Positions 36,996-47,097 of a stretch of 64,000 bases of DNA are shown in pieces; positions within the stretch are counted from its first letter, which is position 1; the number at the start of each line of letters is the position of its first letter. This DNA is from Candidatus Woesearchaeota archaeon. Its GTDB lineage: Archaea; Nanobdellota; Nanobdellia; Woesearchaeales; JAGVYF01. The translations under genes and the position numbers were made by a program. The stretch spans positions 4,582 to 68,581 of the forward strand of contig JAHFLT010000005.1 in the NCBI GenBank assembly GCA_023264635.1, given 5' to 3'. The notes beneath the pieces are model-generated. The model was not told where the DNA came from and ran no database searches. It saw nothing but the letters and a program-made list of their open reading frames with translations.

Positions 36996-37181
36996 TATCA
37001 CTTAGAAATACAAAGGCGGGAAGTTACTGAGCCGAATGAGAGCGAGAATTTTTGGATGGAGGCGATAGTTGAGAAAGTATTAAAAATAGATGGTTATTCT
37101 GGACATATCTGAATGTAACTGGGGTGTCTGTGGCGATTCTTCACTGCAATTTGATTGTTGTTCTCATAGCCACATATTTTT

Positions 37182-38318
37182 ATGAACGATAATGAACAAC
37201 AAATTACAGTAGCACATCTACAAGAAACGTATGTTTATCCTTTGTACGAATGGATTTATTACCAGACTATTTTAGTTCCAAATGTTAAAAGTTTAGTTAT
37301 AACACCTCTTGCTGTCAATCTTGAAAAGTATAATCATGCTGAAACGTTTGGGATTAATGAATTATCATCTCCCCGCAAGCAGTGGGAACTTTTTTCTTAT
37401 TTTTATCTTCACAGACCGTGGTATTTTAAGCAGGTAATTAATGCAAAAAAGGTAGATATTATTCATGCACAGTTTGGTAATGTGGGAAGAAGAGCATTAT
37501 GGCTTGCAAAAAAAACTGGAGCAAAATTAATTGTTAGTTTTTATGGTGTTGACCTTGCTTATTTTCCTAATAAAAATCATACTTTCTATAATGAACTGTT
37601 TCAAGCTGTGACATACATTATCGCATTAAGTATTGACATGAAACAAGTTTTAATAAGATTAGGATGTCCGGAAGAGAAAATAAAAATTGTACATGTTGGT
37701 ATTGATTGTAATAAGTTTTCTTATAAAAAACGTCCCTTACATAAACCATTTAGATTTATTTGTCTTGCTAGGTTTATAATGAAAAAAGGAGTTCCTTATA
37801 CTGTCCTTGCTATGGCAAAAGTAGTAAAAAAGTATCCAAACACACAACTTCATCTAGTTGGCGATGGACCGTTATTGCCAACAATAAAAAGGTACATCAA
37901 AGAGTATAATTTACAAAACAATGTGACTATTATAGATAACATCAATACAAGAAATCCCAGAGAAATAGCAGTTCAGGAATTATATAATGCTCATGCCCTG
38001 ATTCTTTTCAGCACACAATGTATTGATGACTATTCTGCAACACCACTTGTTGTGATAGAAGCACAGGCAAGTGGCATTCCGGTCATTACAAGCGATGACC
38101 CTGCTGTTGCCGAAGCAGTGAATCCGAAATACAGTTTTATTGTGCAACAAAAGAATGTCAATCAACTAGCTGAAAAGATGTTATACATTATTGAAAATCA
38201 GCAGGTAGTAGAAAAATACGGTAAAGCAGGCAGAAAACATGTCTTGCAAAATTTCAATTTTTCAAAAATAGGAGAACAATTATCTGAAATTTATCATGAG
38301 GTAGCACTATGCAGGTAA
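37182..38318 (+). CDS. Glycosyltransferase family 1 (GT4-like)
   Basis: EAQASGIPVITSD matches the E-x7-E region. About 378 aa. Confidence 0.75.
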   Translation: MNDNEQQITVAHLQETYVYPLYEWIYYQTILVPNVKSLVITPLAVNLEKYNHAETFGINELSSPRKQWELFSYFYLHRPWYFKQVINAKKVDIIHAQFGNVGRRALWLAKKTGAKLIVSFYGVDLAYFPNKNHTFYNELFQAVTYIIALSIDMKQVLIRLGCPEEKIKIVHVGIDCNKFSYKKRPLHKPFRFICLARFIMKKGVPYTVLAMAKVVKKYPNTQLHLVGDGPLLPTIKRYIKEYNLQNNVTIIDNINTRNPREIAVQELYNAHALILFSTQCIDDYSATPLVVIEAQASGIPVITSDDPAVAEAVNPKYSFIVQQKNVNQLAEKMLYIIENQQVVEKYGKAGRKHVLQNFNFSKIGEQLSEIYHEVALCR

Positions 38319-39121
38319 TTATCTTATGCGGCGGAAAAGGAACCCGATTACGGGAAGAAACAGAAAATAAACCTAAACCCCTTGTAGAGGTTGGGGGCAA
38401 ACCCATCCTTTGGCACATTATGAAAATTTATTCTCACTACGGTTTCAATGATTTTGTCCTTTGTCTCGGCTACAAGGGGGATATGATTAAAGACTACTTT
38501 GTGAATCATAGTTCCTCTGAAAGTGATTTTACTTTTGACTCAAAGACAAAGGAATGCCTCTCCCATGGACCTAATAGCATTGAAAATTGGACTATTACTT
38601 TTGCAAATACTGGTCAGGAAACATTGACTGCAGCCAGAATAAAACAAGTAGAAAAGTACATCACAGAAGATACTTTTCATGTAACGTATGGAGATGTCAT
38701 TGCAGACATAGATATCTCTGCTCTTGTCCGGCAGCATAACGAAGTAGGTACTATCGGAGTGATGACTGGTATACATGGACGCTTAAAACGCGAAACCATC
38801 AAAGCGAAAGGCTCGATTATTACTGAATTTAAACAAGAACTAGAGATAGATGATATTGTCAACGGGGGATTCATGGTATTCAAAAAAGAATTCTTCACTT
38901 ATCTAACAAAAAATTGTATGTTAGAAGAAACTCTTTCTGACTTGGTAAAGGATAGACAGCTGGGTCTTTATTATCACGGTGGATTCTGGGAGAATATGAA
39001 TACTTATCAGGAGGTTGAGAAGTTGAATAAATTGTGTGAAGCAGGTACACCCCCATGGTATATTTGGGAAAAAGGAAAGAAAATGAATTGTCCAACCGCA
39101 GAAGAGTTGGAGGATACTTAA
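38309..39121 (+). CDS. rfbF: Glucose-1-phosphate cytidylyltransferase
   Basis: MQVIILCGGKGTRLREETENKPKPLVEVGGKPILWHIMKIYSHYGFNDFVLCLGYKGDMIKDYF is the RfbF signature. Confidence 0.8.
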   Translation: MQVIILCGGKGTRLREETENKPKPLVEVGGKPILWHIMKIYSHYGFNDFVLCLGYKGDMIKDYFVNHSSSESDFTFDSKTKECLSHGPNSIENWTITFANTGQETLTAARIKQVEKYITEDTFHVTYGDVIADIDISALVRQHNEVGTIGVMTGIHGRLKRETIKAKGSIITEFKQELEIDDIVNGGFMVFKKEFFTYLTKNCMLEETLSDLVKDRQLGLYYHGGFWENMNTYQEVEKLNKLCEAGTPPWYIWEKGKKMNCPTAEELEDT

Positions 39122-39348
39122 CCATATGTGGGAATAAAAATGCCAGTAGATGTGTACAGCAGTCAAGCTATATCTTCTCTCGCATCCTCCCTAATTTAGT
39201 TGGTTTGATTCCCTCCTGAAGATAGCATTCCTTTCCGCTGAGTTCTCTTTTTTTTCAGAGCATCACAAAATTGATGCTAACCTGTTTTTCTGGATGGAAT
39301 CCCTCAGCTCAGTAACCTTTAAATACATTCTTGCGCTGGGAATGATGA

Positions 39349-40773
39349 ATGGATCACGGGCTGTTTGACCATGTAAAAAAGAGGCTGAAGCGTAAGCAAA
39401 AGCATCACTCTATTGTAAAGAGCCTAACAAAACAAGGTTACCAAGAGGCGCATATTAGAAAAGTCATTGCTGTTCTCAACACAACTGAAAAATCCATTGG
39501 GAAGAGGGAGGAAAATGAAACAGCGCTTATCAAGAAGTTTATGATAAAAGAAGTGTTAGATAAGATTGCGTACGGCTTCGGCTCGCAGCAGTTCATCAAT
39601 ATCCTTTTTTCCCTTACAGGCGCATCCTATTTTTTAATCGGTCTTGTCAATGGTTTTAATGTGGTTGCTGGTTTGCTGATGTCGCTTGTTCTGCGTGATT
39701 ATCTGCACGTTCGTGATATCAGCAAAAAGCTCATTGTGGGCAGTGGATTCTTCTTTGGATGTATGTTCTTCCTGCTTTCCTTTGCGGCGTATAGGGGCTG
39801 GACTCTTTTATTCATTCTGTCATTCATTCTTGTTTCTCTTGGTGTTGTCTTCCTGGGAGATATCTATATAAAAGAATACACAGAGAGCTTCAAGAAAGAG
39901 AAAGTGGGTTACGCGCTCAGCAAGATGACGCAATTTGGCATTATCATTATCACCCTGTCATTAGTGCTTTCTGCGTACATTATGGATTATTTTACCATTG
40001 CTGGTAAAGAATTTGCTTACATAGGGATAGTTCCAGGGTATGTCATTTCTTTTGTGATAACTGCGATAGCTTTTATTGCATCCACATTGGTATTGCATAG
40101 CCTTAAACGTGAAATAAAGAGTGAAAGCCAAGCGCAAGTTTCACTGTTGCTGAAGGAACAAATCATCAAAGCAGGGAGATATCTGGCGCTCTTTGCACAG
40201 AATAAGGCAATCCTCCTTGTTCTTATCGCAAGTACACTCACTGGCTTTGTGCAGACGCTGGGCAATACCTATTACGGCATATTTATTTACAAAGAATTTA
40301 ACAAGCTTGGATTTGGCGGTTTCATGAACGTTGCCATGATTTTCGTCGTAGCTATCATTTCAGCTATGTTCGCGCCGAGAATAGCAAAGACGCTCTCCAA
40401 AAAGTACGGCAATGTGCCGATGCTCGTTATGGGAACGCTTCTCCTTGCTATTCTCCCATTGACTTATTACTATCGGCCTTCCCTTACAAATATTGCGATG
40501 GCAACCGTATGTGGCATTATCGGGTCAGCTATTGCTGGACTTGCTACAGGGCTATTGATTAGCAATCGTCTTCCCGAGGCAGAACGCGAAGCGTATTATT
40601 CATCATATTCTGTTATTGTCACAATACCTTATATTATTTTATTTCCCATTGCGGCGTATCTCGCTGATTTATACTCACTAAAAATTATGTTTCTTGTTTT
40701 AGGTGGTGTTTTGGCACTGGTTGTTATGCCGTTATACTTCGCCCTGTTATTTGTTGAGAATAGAGTACTATGA
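39349..40773 (+). CDS. Polytopic membrane transporter (MFS-like) with an N-terminal cytoplasmic extension
   Basis: About 12 TM helices in a 6+6 arrangement. Weak family assignment. Confidence 0.45.
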   Translation: MDHGLFDHVKKRLKRKQKHHSIVKSLTKQGYQEAHIRKVIAVLNTTEKSIGKREENETALIKKFMIKEVLDKIAYGFGSQQFINILFSLTGASYFLIGLVNGFNVVAGLLMSLVLRDYLHVRDISKKLIVGSGFFFGCMFFLLSFAAYRGWTLLFILSFILVSLGVVFLGDIYIKEYTESFKKEKVGYALSKMTQFGIIIITLSLVLSAYIMDYFTIAGKEFAYIGIVPGYVISFVITAIAFIASTLVLHSLKREIKSESQAQVSLLLKEQIIKAGRYLALFAQNKAILLVLIASTLTGFVQTLGNTYYGIFIYKEFNKLGFGGFMNVAMIFVVAIISAMFAPRIAKTLSKKYGNVPMLVMGTLLLAILPLTYYYRPSLTNIAMATVCGIIGSAIAGLATGLLISNRLPEAEREAYYSSYSVIVTIPYIILFPIAAYLADLYSLKIMFLVLGGVLALVVMPLYFALLFVENRVL

Positions 40774-41162
40774 AGACACGGATCTTTTATCACGGATCTC
40801 CTATTTCAAAATTGAAAAGACTTGAGCCTCGTCTCGATACTCGTCTAGGACTAAAAGGTGTTTTTGTTGCTGATGAACCATTTGGGCCGATGATGTTTGC
40901 CCTTCTCCCAAATAGAGCCAAATCTACTGTCAAATATGTAACTAAGAAAAGGAAATTTGTAGAGGGTTATGTCATTACTCCCAAACCATTGAACAAGGTG
41001 GGCTGGCTTTATAGTGTGAAACCGGAACAGGCATGCATTGTTGAAAGAAAACCCGGGCGATATTTTCTCAATGCATCAACCAAAGTAGTAAAATGCAGAA
41101 AGGTAACAAAAGAGGAAGTACTCAAATTGGGATGGAAAGTGACTCCCAAAACCCCTAAATAA
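40770..41162 (+). CDS. Hypothetical basic protein
   Basis: ORF only (IFYHGSP N-terminus). Start overlaps the transporter stop. Confidence 0.3.
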   Translation: MKTRIFYHGSPISKLKRLEPRLDTRLGLKGVFVADEPFGPMMFALLPNRAKSTVKYVTKKRKFVEGYVITPKPLNKVGWLYSVKPEQACIVERKPGRYFLNASTKVVKCRKVTKEEVLKLGWKVTPKTPK

Positions 41163-41424
41163 TCTTCTCTCCAGTCTCTTTCTTTTTCAAATGGATGACG
41201 TTAACAGGACAGCTTTCTGCAGCTTCCTTGTTTTTAGAAAAGTCACTTTCTTCAATATCCAATATCTCCAAGACAATCTCCCCTTTCTCATTTTTCTGGT
41301 GAACACTATTCTTAATATCTGATTTTCCGTCATCATCCATCACCCAGAAATCGGGAGTGATGGCTGCACAAGCTCCACAGCCAATACAATTCGGTCTGTC
41401 GTGTTCAATGATAAATTTAGACAT
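41155..41424 (-). CDS. 4Fe-4S ferredoxin (single cluster)
   Basis: CIGCGACAAITP...CP fits the Cx2Cx2C...CP pattern. Confidence 0.7.
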   Translation of the reverse strand: MSKFIIEHDRPNCIGCGACAAITPDFWVMDDDGKSDIKNSVHQKNEKGEIVLEILDIEESDFSKNKEAAESCPVNVIHLKKKETGEKII

Positions 41425-41525
41425 TGTTAACTATAGTTAATTATTGTTTTTATATAATTCTTTCGATAGAGATTGTAACGCCGCGGCCCGGACTTTCACC
41501 AGCCGACTCTTGTGACGAAGTCACC

Positions 41526-41612
41526 TAGTTTTTCCCAGGTTTTTGGTAGCTGAGCCGAAGGACAAAGTCCTGAAGGCGAAGCGGACAAAAAGCTGTTTTG
41601 AACCGGGAGATC
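41526..41612. repeat. Compact copy (B) of the repeated intergenic element; it lies inside a ~240-nt region whose ends can pair GCCGCGG (41479) with CCGCGGC (41712)
   Basis: tttttcccaggtttttggtagctgagccgaaggacaaagtcctgaaggcgaagcggacaaaaagctgttttgaaccggga. Includes the local hairpin aggac-aaa-gtcct. Sits in a 400-bp gap. Confidence 0.5.
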
Positions 41613-41840
41613 CCTTGCGGGAAACGAGATAATCGCGAGAAGACACTCTCACTGATTGCGATGCATTCTCAAATGTCTGCAGATAGCAATCTCGCGCAGT
41701 ACCAGGTTGTGCCACCGCGGCATCTGTGAAACGATAAAGAGTTTTTATATAAATCTTTGGTGAATCTGTGAACTACATAATACAACAGCAAAGAATCAAC
41801 CCGAAAAGTATTAAATAGGCACTTGTTTTACCTTTTTCGC

Positions 41841-43706
41841 ATGGTATTAGATTTTAAGTCAACAAAGGACATCAAAATTTCAAAGCGTATCATAGACAGG
41901 GTAGTGGGTCAAGAAGAAGCTGTGGAAGTAGCAAAGAAAGCTGCTTCTCAAAGACGCCATATGCTCCTCATTGGAGAGCCTGGTACTGGAAAGTCTATGA
42001 TAGGTCTGGGGCTTGCAGAGCTATTGCCACGCGAAAAACTGCTTGACATACTCGCATTCCAAAATCAGAATGATGAGAACCAGCCACTTATCCGCACGGT
42101 AACAGCTGGCAAGGGTCGGGAAATAGTGATGAAAGCGCGTATGCTGGGCATAGATGCAGTAAAGAATCAGTCTGTTGCTCTTTTCATTATTGCATTGGTT
42201 GTTTCCTTTTTGCCATATTACTTCTGGAAGATGGGGGAAATTTCAGATGTTATTTTTGCAGCGTCTATGATTACAGGGATGGTTTTTCTGATTGGGTTTT
42301 TGTTATTTCTAAACTTCTCAAGAAGACCTGAAACAAGACCTGGTGCTCCTAAAGTCATTGTTGATAATTTTGGGAATAAGCAGGCGCCATTCTTTGATGC
42401 TACTGGTGCACATGCTGGCGCATTACTCGGAGACGTGCTTCACGATCCGTTCCAGTCGGGAGGATTAGGCACCCCGGCTCATGAACGTGTGGTGGCAGGC
42501 ATGATACACAAGGCGCACATGGGTGTTCTTTTCATTGATGAAATAGCGACACTCAAACCAAGCACCCAACAAGAGTTGCTGACAGCACTCCAAGAAGGAA
42601 AATTTTCTATCACTGGGCAATCAGAAAGAAGTGCCGGTGCAATGGTACGTACAGAAGCAGTGCCTTGTAATTTTATTATGATTGCAGCAGGCAATATGGA
42701 AACCATGAAATACATGCATCCTGCCCTGAGGTCACGCATCAGAGGGTATGGGTATGAAGTCTATATGAAGGATACCATGCCAGACAATCCGGAAAACAGA
42801 ATGAAAATAGCACGGTTTGTCGCACAGGAAATCATCCATGATGGGAATATTCCTCATTTCTCCATGGAGGCTGTACTGGCCATCATAGAAGAAGCAAAAC
42901 GTCGCGCGAATCGCAAAGGTCACCTGACGCTACGGTTACGCGAGCTGGGCGGCATTGTCAGAGCTGCAGGAGATCTCGGAAAAGAGGAAGGTGCTGAGTT
43001 TGTTCGGGCAATTCACGTTAAAAATGCCAAAAAATACGCAAGAACCCTGGAACAGCAGTTGGCTGATAAACTTATTGAGAGACGCAAGGAGTATGAAGTG
43101 ATTATGATTTCTGGTGAAAAAGTGGGTAGGGTTAATGGCTTGGCTGTGTTGGGCGGGGAAACAGGAATATTTTCTGGCATCATCCTTCCCATAGAAGCGC
43201 AGGTCTCACCAGGCGGGAAATCTTCAGAAATTATGGCCACTGGAAAATTAGGTGATATTGCAAAAGAAGCTGTCAAGAATGTCTCAGCCATCATTAAGAA
43301 TTATTTTGGTGAAGACATCAAAGGGAAATATGACTTATATGTCCAATTCCTGCAAACCTATGAGGGCGTGGAAGGAGACTCTGCAAGCATTGCAGTGGCA
43401 ACAGCAGTCATCTCCGCAATAGAGAATGTGCCAGTGCGCCAGGATACTGCTATGACTGGCTCATTGACAGTCCGTGGAGAAGTACTTCCCATAGGTGGGG
43501 TTTCTGCAAAAGTCGAAGCAGCTATTGAGTCCGGCCTTAAACAGGTTATTGTGCCACGCTCAAATCTCAATGACATCGTCGTTGAGAAAGCAAAACTAGA
43601 CAAGATAAAAGTGATTCCCGTTGAACATATTGTTGATGTCTTAAAAGAGGCATTGGTGTGGAAAGGAAAAGAACAAGTGCTGAAAAAAATAATAAAAGGA
43701 AAATAG
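41841..43706 (+). CDS. lonB: Archaeal-type ATP-dependent Lon protease (LonB, membrane-anchored)
   Basis: [33 protein letters not shown] Walker A. Two TM helices inserted in the AAA domain. Walker B VLFIDEI. Protease Ser in [12 protein letters not shown] and catalytic Lys region. The ORF track start at 41823 is probably an extension. Confidence 0.9.
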   Translation: MVLDFKSTKDIKISKRIIDRVVGQEEAVEVAKKAASQRRHMLLIGEPGTGKSMIGLGLAELLPREKLLDILAFQNQNDENQPLIRTVTAGKGREIVMKARMLGIDAVKNQSVALFIIALVVSFLPYYFWKMGEISDVIFAASMITGMVFLIGFLLFLNFSRRPETRPGAPKVIVDNFGNKQAPFFDATGAHAGALLGDVLHDPFQSGGLGTPAHERVVAGMIHKAHMGVLFIDEIATLKPSTQQELLTALQEGKFSITGQSERSAGAMVRTEAVPCNFIMIAAGNMETMKYMHPALRSRIRGYGYEVYMKDTMPDNPENRMKIARFVAQEIIHDGNIPHFSMEAVLAIIEEAKRRANRKGHLTLRLRELGGIVRAAGDLGKEEGAEFVRAIHVKNAKKYARTLEQQLADKLIERRKEYEVIMISGEKVGRVNGLAVLGGETGIFSGIILPIEAQVSPGGKSSEIMATGKLGDIAKEAVKNVSAIIKNYFGEDIKGKYDLYVQFLQTYEGVEGDSASIAVATAVISAIENVPVRQDTAMTGSLTVRGEVLPIGGVSAKVEAAIESGLKQVIVPRSNLNDIVVEKAKLDKIKVIPVEHIVDVLKEALVWKGKEQVLKKIIKGK

Positions 43707-43967
43707 CTATTTCTCCTGCAACACATAAGTGCCATGGATGAGAATCTGCTTTCCATTTTTCTCACAGTACAATGTATCTTGTTTCAGTATGTCATAATTT
43801 TCCACTTCTGCATAATAGACTTGCCTACCACCTGAAAAGAGTGCAACAACTGCTTGTTTGTTTGTGGCAGCGCGTGCAGACTCACAGCCAGAAAGCATTG
43901 TCATAACCAGAGCAGCTAAACCACTTAATGTGACATGTCGTACAGTTTTTTCCATTTTTACCACCAA
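43707..43967 (-). CDS. Small putative lipoprotein / secreted protein
   Basis: AALVMTMLSGC lipobox-like signal. ORF only. Confidence 0.35.
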   Translation of the reverse strand: MVVKMEKTVRHVTLSGLAALVMTMLSGCESARAATNKQAVVALFSGGRQVYYAEVENYDILKQDTLYCEKNGKQILIHGTYVLQEK

Positions 43968-44000
43968 GTCACTGGAAAAAGAGATAGTATAAAAAGCTAT

Positions 44001-45269
44001 TCAAGAAAAATCAGTAAATCCAAGTTGCACCTTCTCCTTGCCAGTCAATTTCGTCAGGTAATTATCCTTTCGTGTTTTGTCTTCTGAGAAAATGGGGATT
44101 CCGTATTCTCCATCATAACCAGGCAGCATGGGAACATTGCCCGCGCGATTCAGCGCAATTGCACGCACAAGCTTGGGAGCAACTTTCTCAATAGATTCTA
44201 AAGAAATATGCAGCAGCACATCAAGCTCGCTTCCCAATGTGAGCAGTGCATCTGCTTGCTCCTGTACTGCTCGAGTAGCCAATCCTTTATCTACTACATT
44301 TGCTATTACCTCATGCAGCGGCAAAAGTGTGTAAAACTGCTTTGTGTTTTTTGGCTTGTATCCTTCCTCACGTTCTGCCAGCTCCTCGATGCGATGCAAG
44401 ACGCCAATGGTCAATCCCTTCTTGCATTTGGGGCATATTTTTTTCAGTTCCTTACTTTGGCTTGGTAGCAATCGCACATCGCATGCACGGTGCCCATCAA
44501 GATGATATTTTCCATACGCAGGATCTGTTTCAATAGTCCCAATAATATCATTATTCCGGATGGATTGCAAAACCGCTTTATACGTTATCTCTTTCATCTC
44601 AAATAATGTTGCTTCTCTGCCCATCCTCCATGGCCAGTAGCTATGACTATCGGAAAAACTGACAAGTGCATAATCATCAAGCTCTTTAATTCGCCAATTC
44701 ATTGCTGGTGTAGAAGAAATGCCTGTCTCTATTGCATGGACATGCTTGACTTGCTCTTCAAAACATTCTTTGAGGGAATCGAAGCCACTTTCTGAACCAA
44801 AAACACCAAACCACGGAGTCCATGCATGGGCCGGAATTACTTCGATATCCGGACTAATAGAATGCATCATCTCAACAAATTCCGTACATGGAATTCCAAA
44901 AATGGGACGACCATCGTAATCCACTCTCCCACGCTTCAGCAGTGCTTCTGTTATCTGATCAACAACATCCAGAGAGGGAGCCAGAACAATAGTATGTACT
45001 CTGCGTCCCTTTCCGTTCCATTTGTAAATCAGTGAGATTTCTGTCTGTAGCAAAAATGGAAATCCTGTTTTTGTACGGTAAATGCCCTTACCGTCATCAG
45101 AGAGTTTTGTGCCAATCTCTTCTCTCCACTTTGGATGAGTAAAATCACCCGTTCCTACTAAGGACAATCCTTTCAGTCGAGCATACTTCTCGATATTTTC
45201 AAATACGAGATTCTTACTCGTTGCACGGGAGTACTTTCCATGCATGTGAAGGTCTGCTATGATACGCAT
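44001..45269 (-). CDS. PHP-domain metal-dependent phosphoesterase with a C4 zinc ribbon
   Basis: N-terminal MRIIADLHMHGKYSRATS PHP motif, HAIETG further on, and CPKCKK... Confidence 0.55.
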   Translation of the reverse strand: MRIIADLHMHGKYSRATSKNLVFENIEKYARLKGLSLVGTGDFTHPKWREEIGTKLSDDGKGIYRTKTGFPFLLQTEISLIYKWNGKGRRVHTIVLAPSLDVVDQITEALLKRGRVDYDGRPIFGIPCTEFVEMMHSISPDIEVIPAHAWTPWFGVFGSESGFDSLKECFEEQVKHVHAIETGISSTPAMNWRIKELDDYALVSFSDSHSYWPWRMGREATLFEMKEITYKAVLQSIRNNDIIGTIETDPAYGKYHLDGHRACDVRLLPSQSKELKKICPKCKKGLTIGVLHRIEELAEREEGYKPKNTKQFYTLLPLHEVIANVVDKGLATRAVQEQADALLTLGSELDVLLHISLESIEKVAPKLVRAIALNRAGNVPMLPGYDGEYGIPIFSEDKTRKDNYLTKLTGKEKVQLGFTDFS

Positions 45270-45345
45270 GCAAAAGCGATTGAAACTCCCATATTAAAAT
45301 CTATCCAGCAGAAAATTATAAAAGCACCAAAAAATTAGTCTAAGT

Positions 45346-47052
45346 ATGAGAAATGTAGAGATAGCCAAACTGTTTTATGAGATGGCAGACATTCTGGAAA
45401 TGAAGGGAGTAGACTGGAAGCCTGCCGCCTACAGAAGAGCTGCACGCTCTCTTGAAGCACTTTCTGAAGATGTTGAGATTCTTGCAAAGGAAAACCGATT
45501 GCATGACATCCCCGGCATTGGAGAAGGTTTGGCAGCAAAGATTAATGAATATATTAAGACGGGAAAAATGAAGGAACATGACGAGTTACTGAGAAGTATA
45601 CCAAAGGATATCGTATTACTCATGCAAATTCCAGGCATGGGCCCAAAAAAGGCAAAATTTCTTTTTCAGAAACTAGGCATACACTCAGTAGGGCAACTAC
45701 AGAAAGCTGCAGAGCAACACAAGCTGGCAAAGCTTGCAGGATTTGGAACTAAAACAGAAGAAAACATTCTGCGAGGCATTCGCATTTTCAAAACAGGTCA
45801 TGAACGGATGTTACTTGGCCGTGCATATCCTTTGGCAATGTATATTGTCAAGGAATTACAAAAGAAAAAAGAAGTCGGGAAAATTTCAATTGCTGGTTCA
45901 ATGCGCCGGATGAGCCAGACAGTTGGTGACATAGATATCCTTATCACATCACAGAAACCTGAACCAATAATGGATACGTTCACAACACTGCCAGAAGTCC
46001 AGACAGTACTTGCCAAAGGTCATACAAAGTCAACAGTCATCCTCACGGCAGGTATTCAGGCTGATGTACGAGTCATTTCCGAGAAATCATTCGGCGCTGC
46101 GATGCAATATTTCACTGGAGGTAAGGACCACAATATTTCACTTCGTAACATTGCAATAAAAAAAGGATACAAGCTTTCTGAATATGGGCTTTTCAATAAG
46201 AAAACAGATGTTTTTGTCGCAGGAAAAACTGAAGAAGAGGTGTACAATAAACTAGGCCTGCAGTATGTTGAGCCTGAGATGCGCGAGAACAAGGGAGAGA
46301 TAGAACTTGCAGCAAAAGGCAAGCTGCCGAAACTTGTCAGGCAGGATGACATCAAGGGGGATTTGCACATGCACACAACGTATAGTGACGGGGAGAATAG
46401 TGTACGAGAAATGGTGAGCACTGCAGTTAGGCTTGGGTATGAGTATATCGCTATCACTGATCATTCCGCTACCCAGCGAATTGCTCGTGGCCTGGAAGAA
46501 GAGAGATTAAGAAAATTGTGGAAGGAAATTGACAAAGTGCAAGATGAGTTCCCTGCCATTCGCATATTCAAGGGGAGTGAAGTAGATATTAAAGCTGATG
46601 GGAGCATGGACTACTCGGAGAATATACTAAAAGAGTTGGATATTGTTGTTGGTTCCATTCACTTCGGCCTTAAACGCGACAATACAGAAAGGACTCTTCG
46701 AGCGCTCACCAATAAATATGTGACTATTATTGGGCATCCTACGGGAAAAAGGTATGGGATCCGTGACCCATACACGCTTGACCTATCACGAATTTATTGC
46801 GCTGCACGTGATGCAGGAAAAGTCCTAGAGATAGATGGACAGCCGGAACGCACAGACTTATCTGACGTGAACGTCCATGAAGCGGTCAAAGCAGGAGTGC
46901 ACTTGGTTATTGATACCGATGCACACTCAGTTGAACAATTGCGCAACTATATGCGCTACGGAGTAGGCACTGCAAGAAGGGGCTGGGCAACTGCAGCAGA
47001 CATCATAAATACATTGCCCCTTAAAAAGTTTGAAAAAGTAATTAGGAGATAA
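45346..47052 (+). CDS. polX: DNA polymerase X family (Pol-beta-like core plus C-terminal PHP domain)
   Basis: N-terminal helix-hairpin-helix LPGIGEGLAAKI and IPGMGPKKAKFL. Catalytic GSMRRMSQTVGDIDILI. C-terminal PHP GDLHMHTTYSDG. Confidence 0.85.
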   Translation: MRNVEIAKLFYEMADILEMKGVDWKPAAYRRAARSLEALSEDVEILAKENRLHDIPGIGEGLAAKINEYIKTGKMKEHDELLRSIPKDIVLLMQIPGMGPKKAKFLFQKLGIHSVGQLQKAAEQHKLAKLAGFGTKTEENILRGIRIFKTGHERMLLGRAYPLAMYIVKELQKKKEVGKISIAGSMRRMSQTVGDIDILITSQKPEPIMDTFTTLPEVQTVLAKGHTKSTVILTAGIQADVRVISEKSFGAAMQYFTGGKDHNISLRNIAIKKGYKLSEYGLFNKKTDVFVAGKTEEEVYNKLGLQYVEPEMRENKGEIELAAKGKLPKLVRQDDIKGDLHMHTTYSDGENSVREMVSTAVRLGYEYIAITDHSATQRIARGLEEERLRKLWKEIDKVQDEFPAIRIFKGSEVDIKADGSMDYSENILKELDIVVGSIHFGLKRDNTERTLRALTNKYVTIIGHPTGKRYGIRDPYTLDLSRIYCAARDAGKVLEIDGQPERTDLSDVNVHEAVKAGVHLVIDTDAHSVEQLRNYMRYGVGTARRGWATAADIINTLPLKKFEKVIRR

Positions 47053-47097
47053 CAATTGGGATAGAGAGAAAAGAAAATCAAGGAAGAGAGAGAGTAA

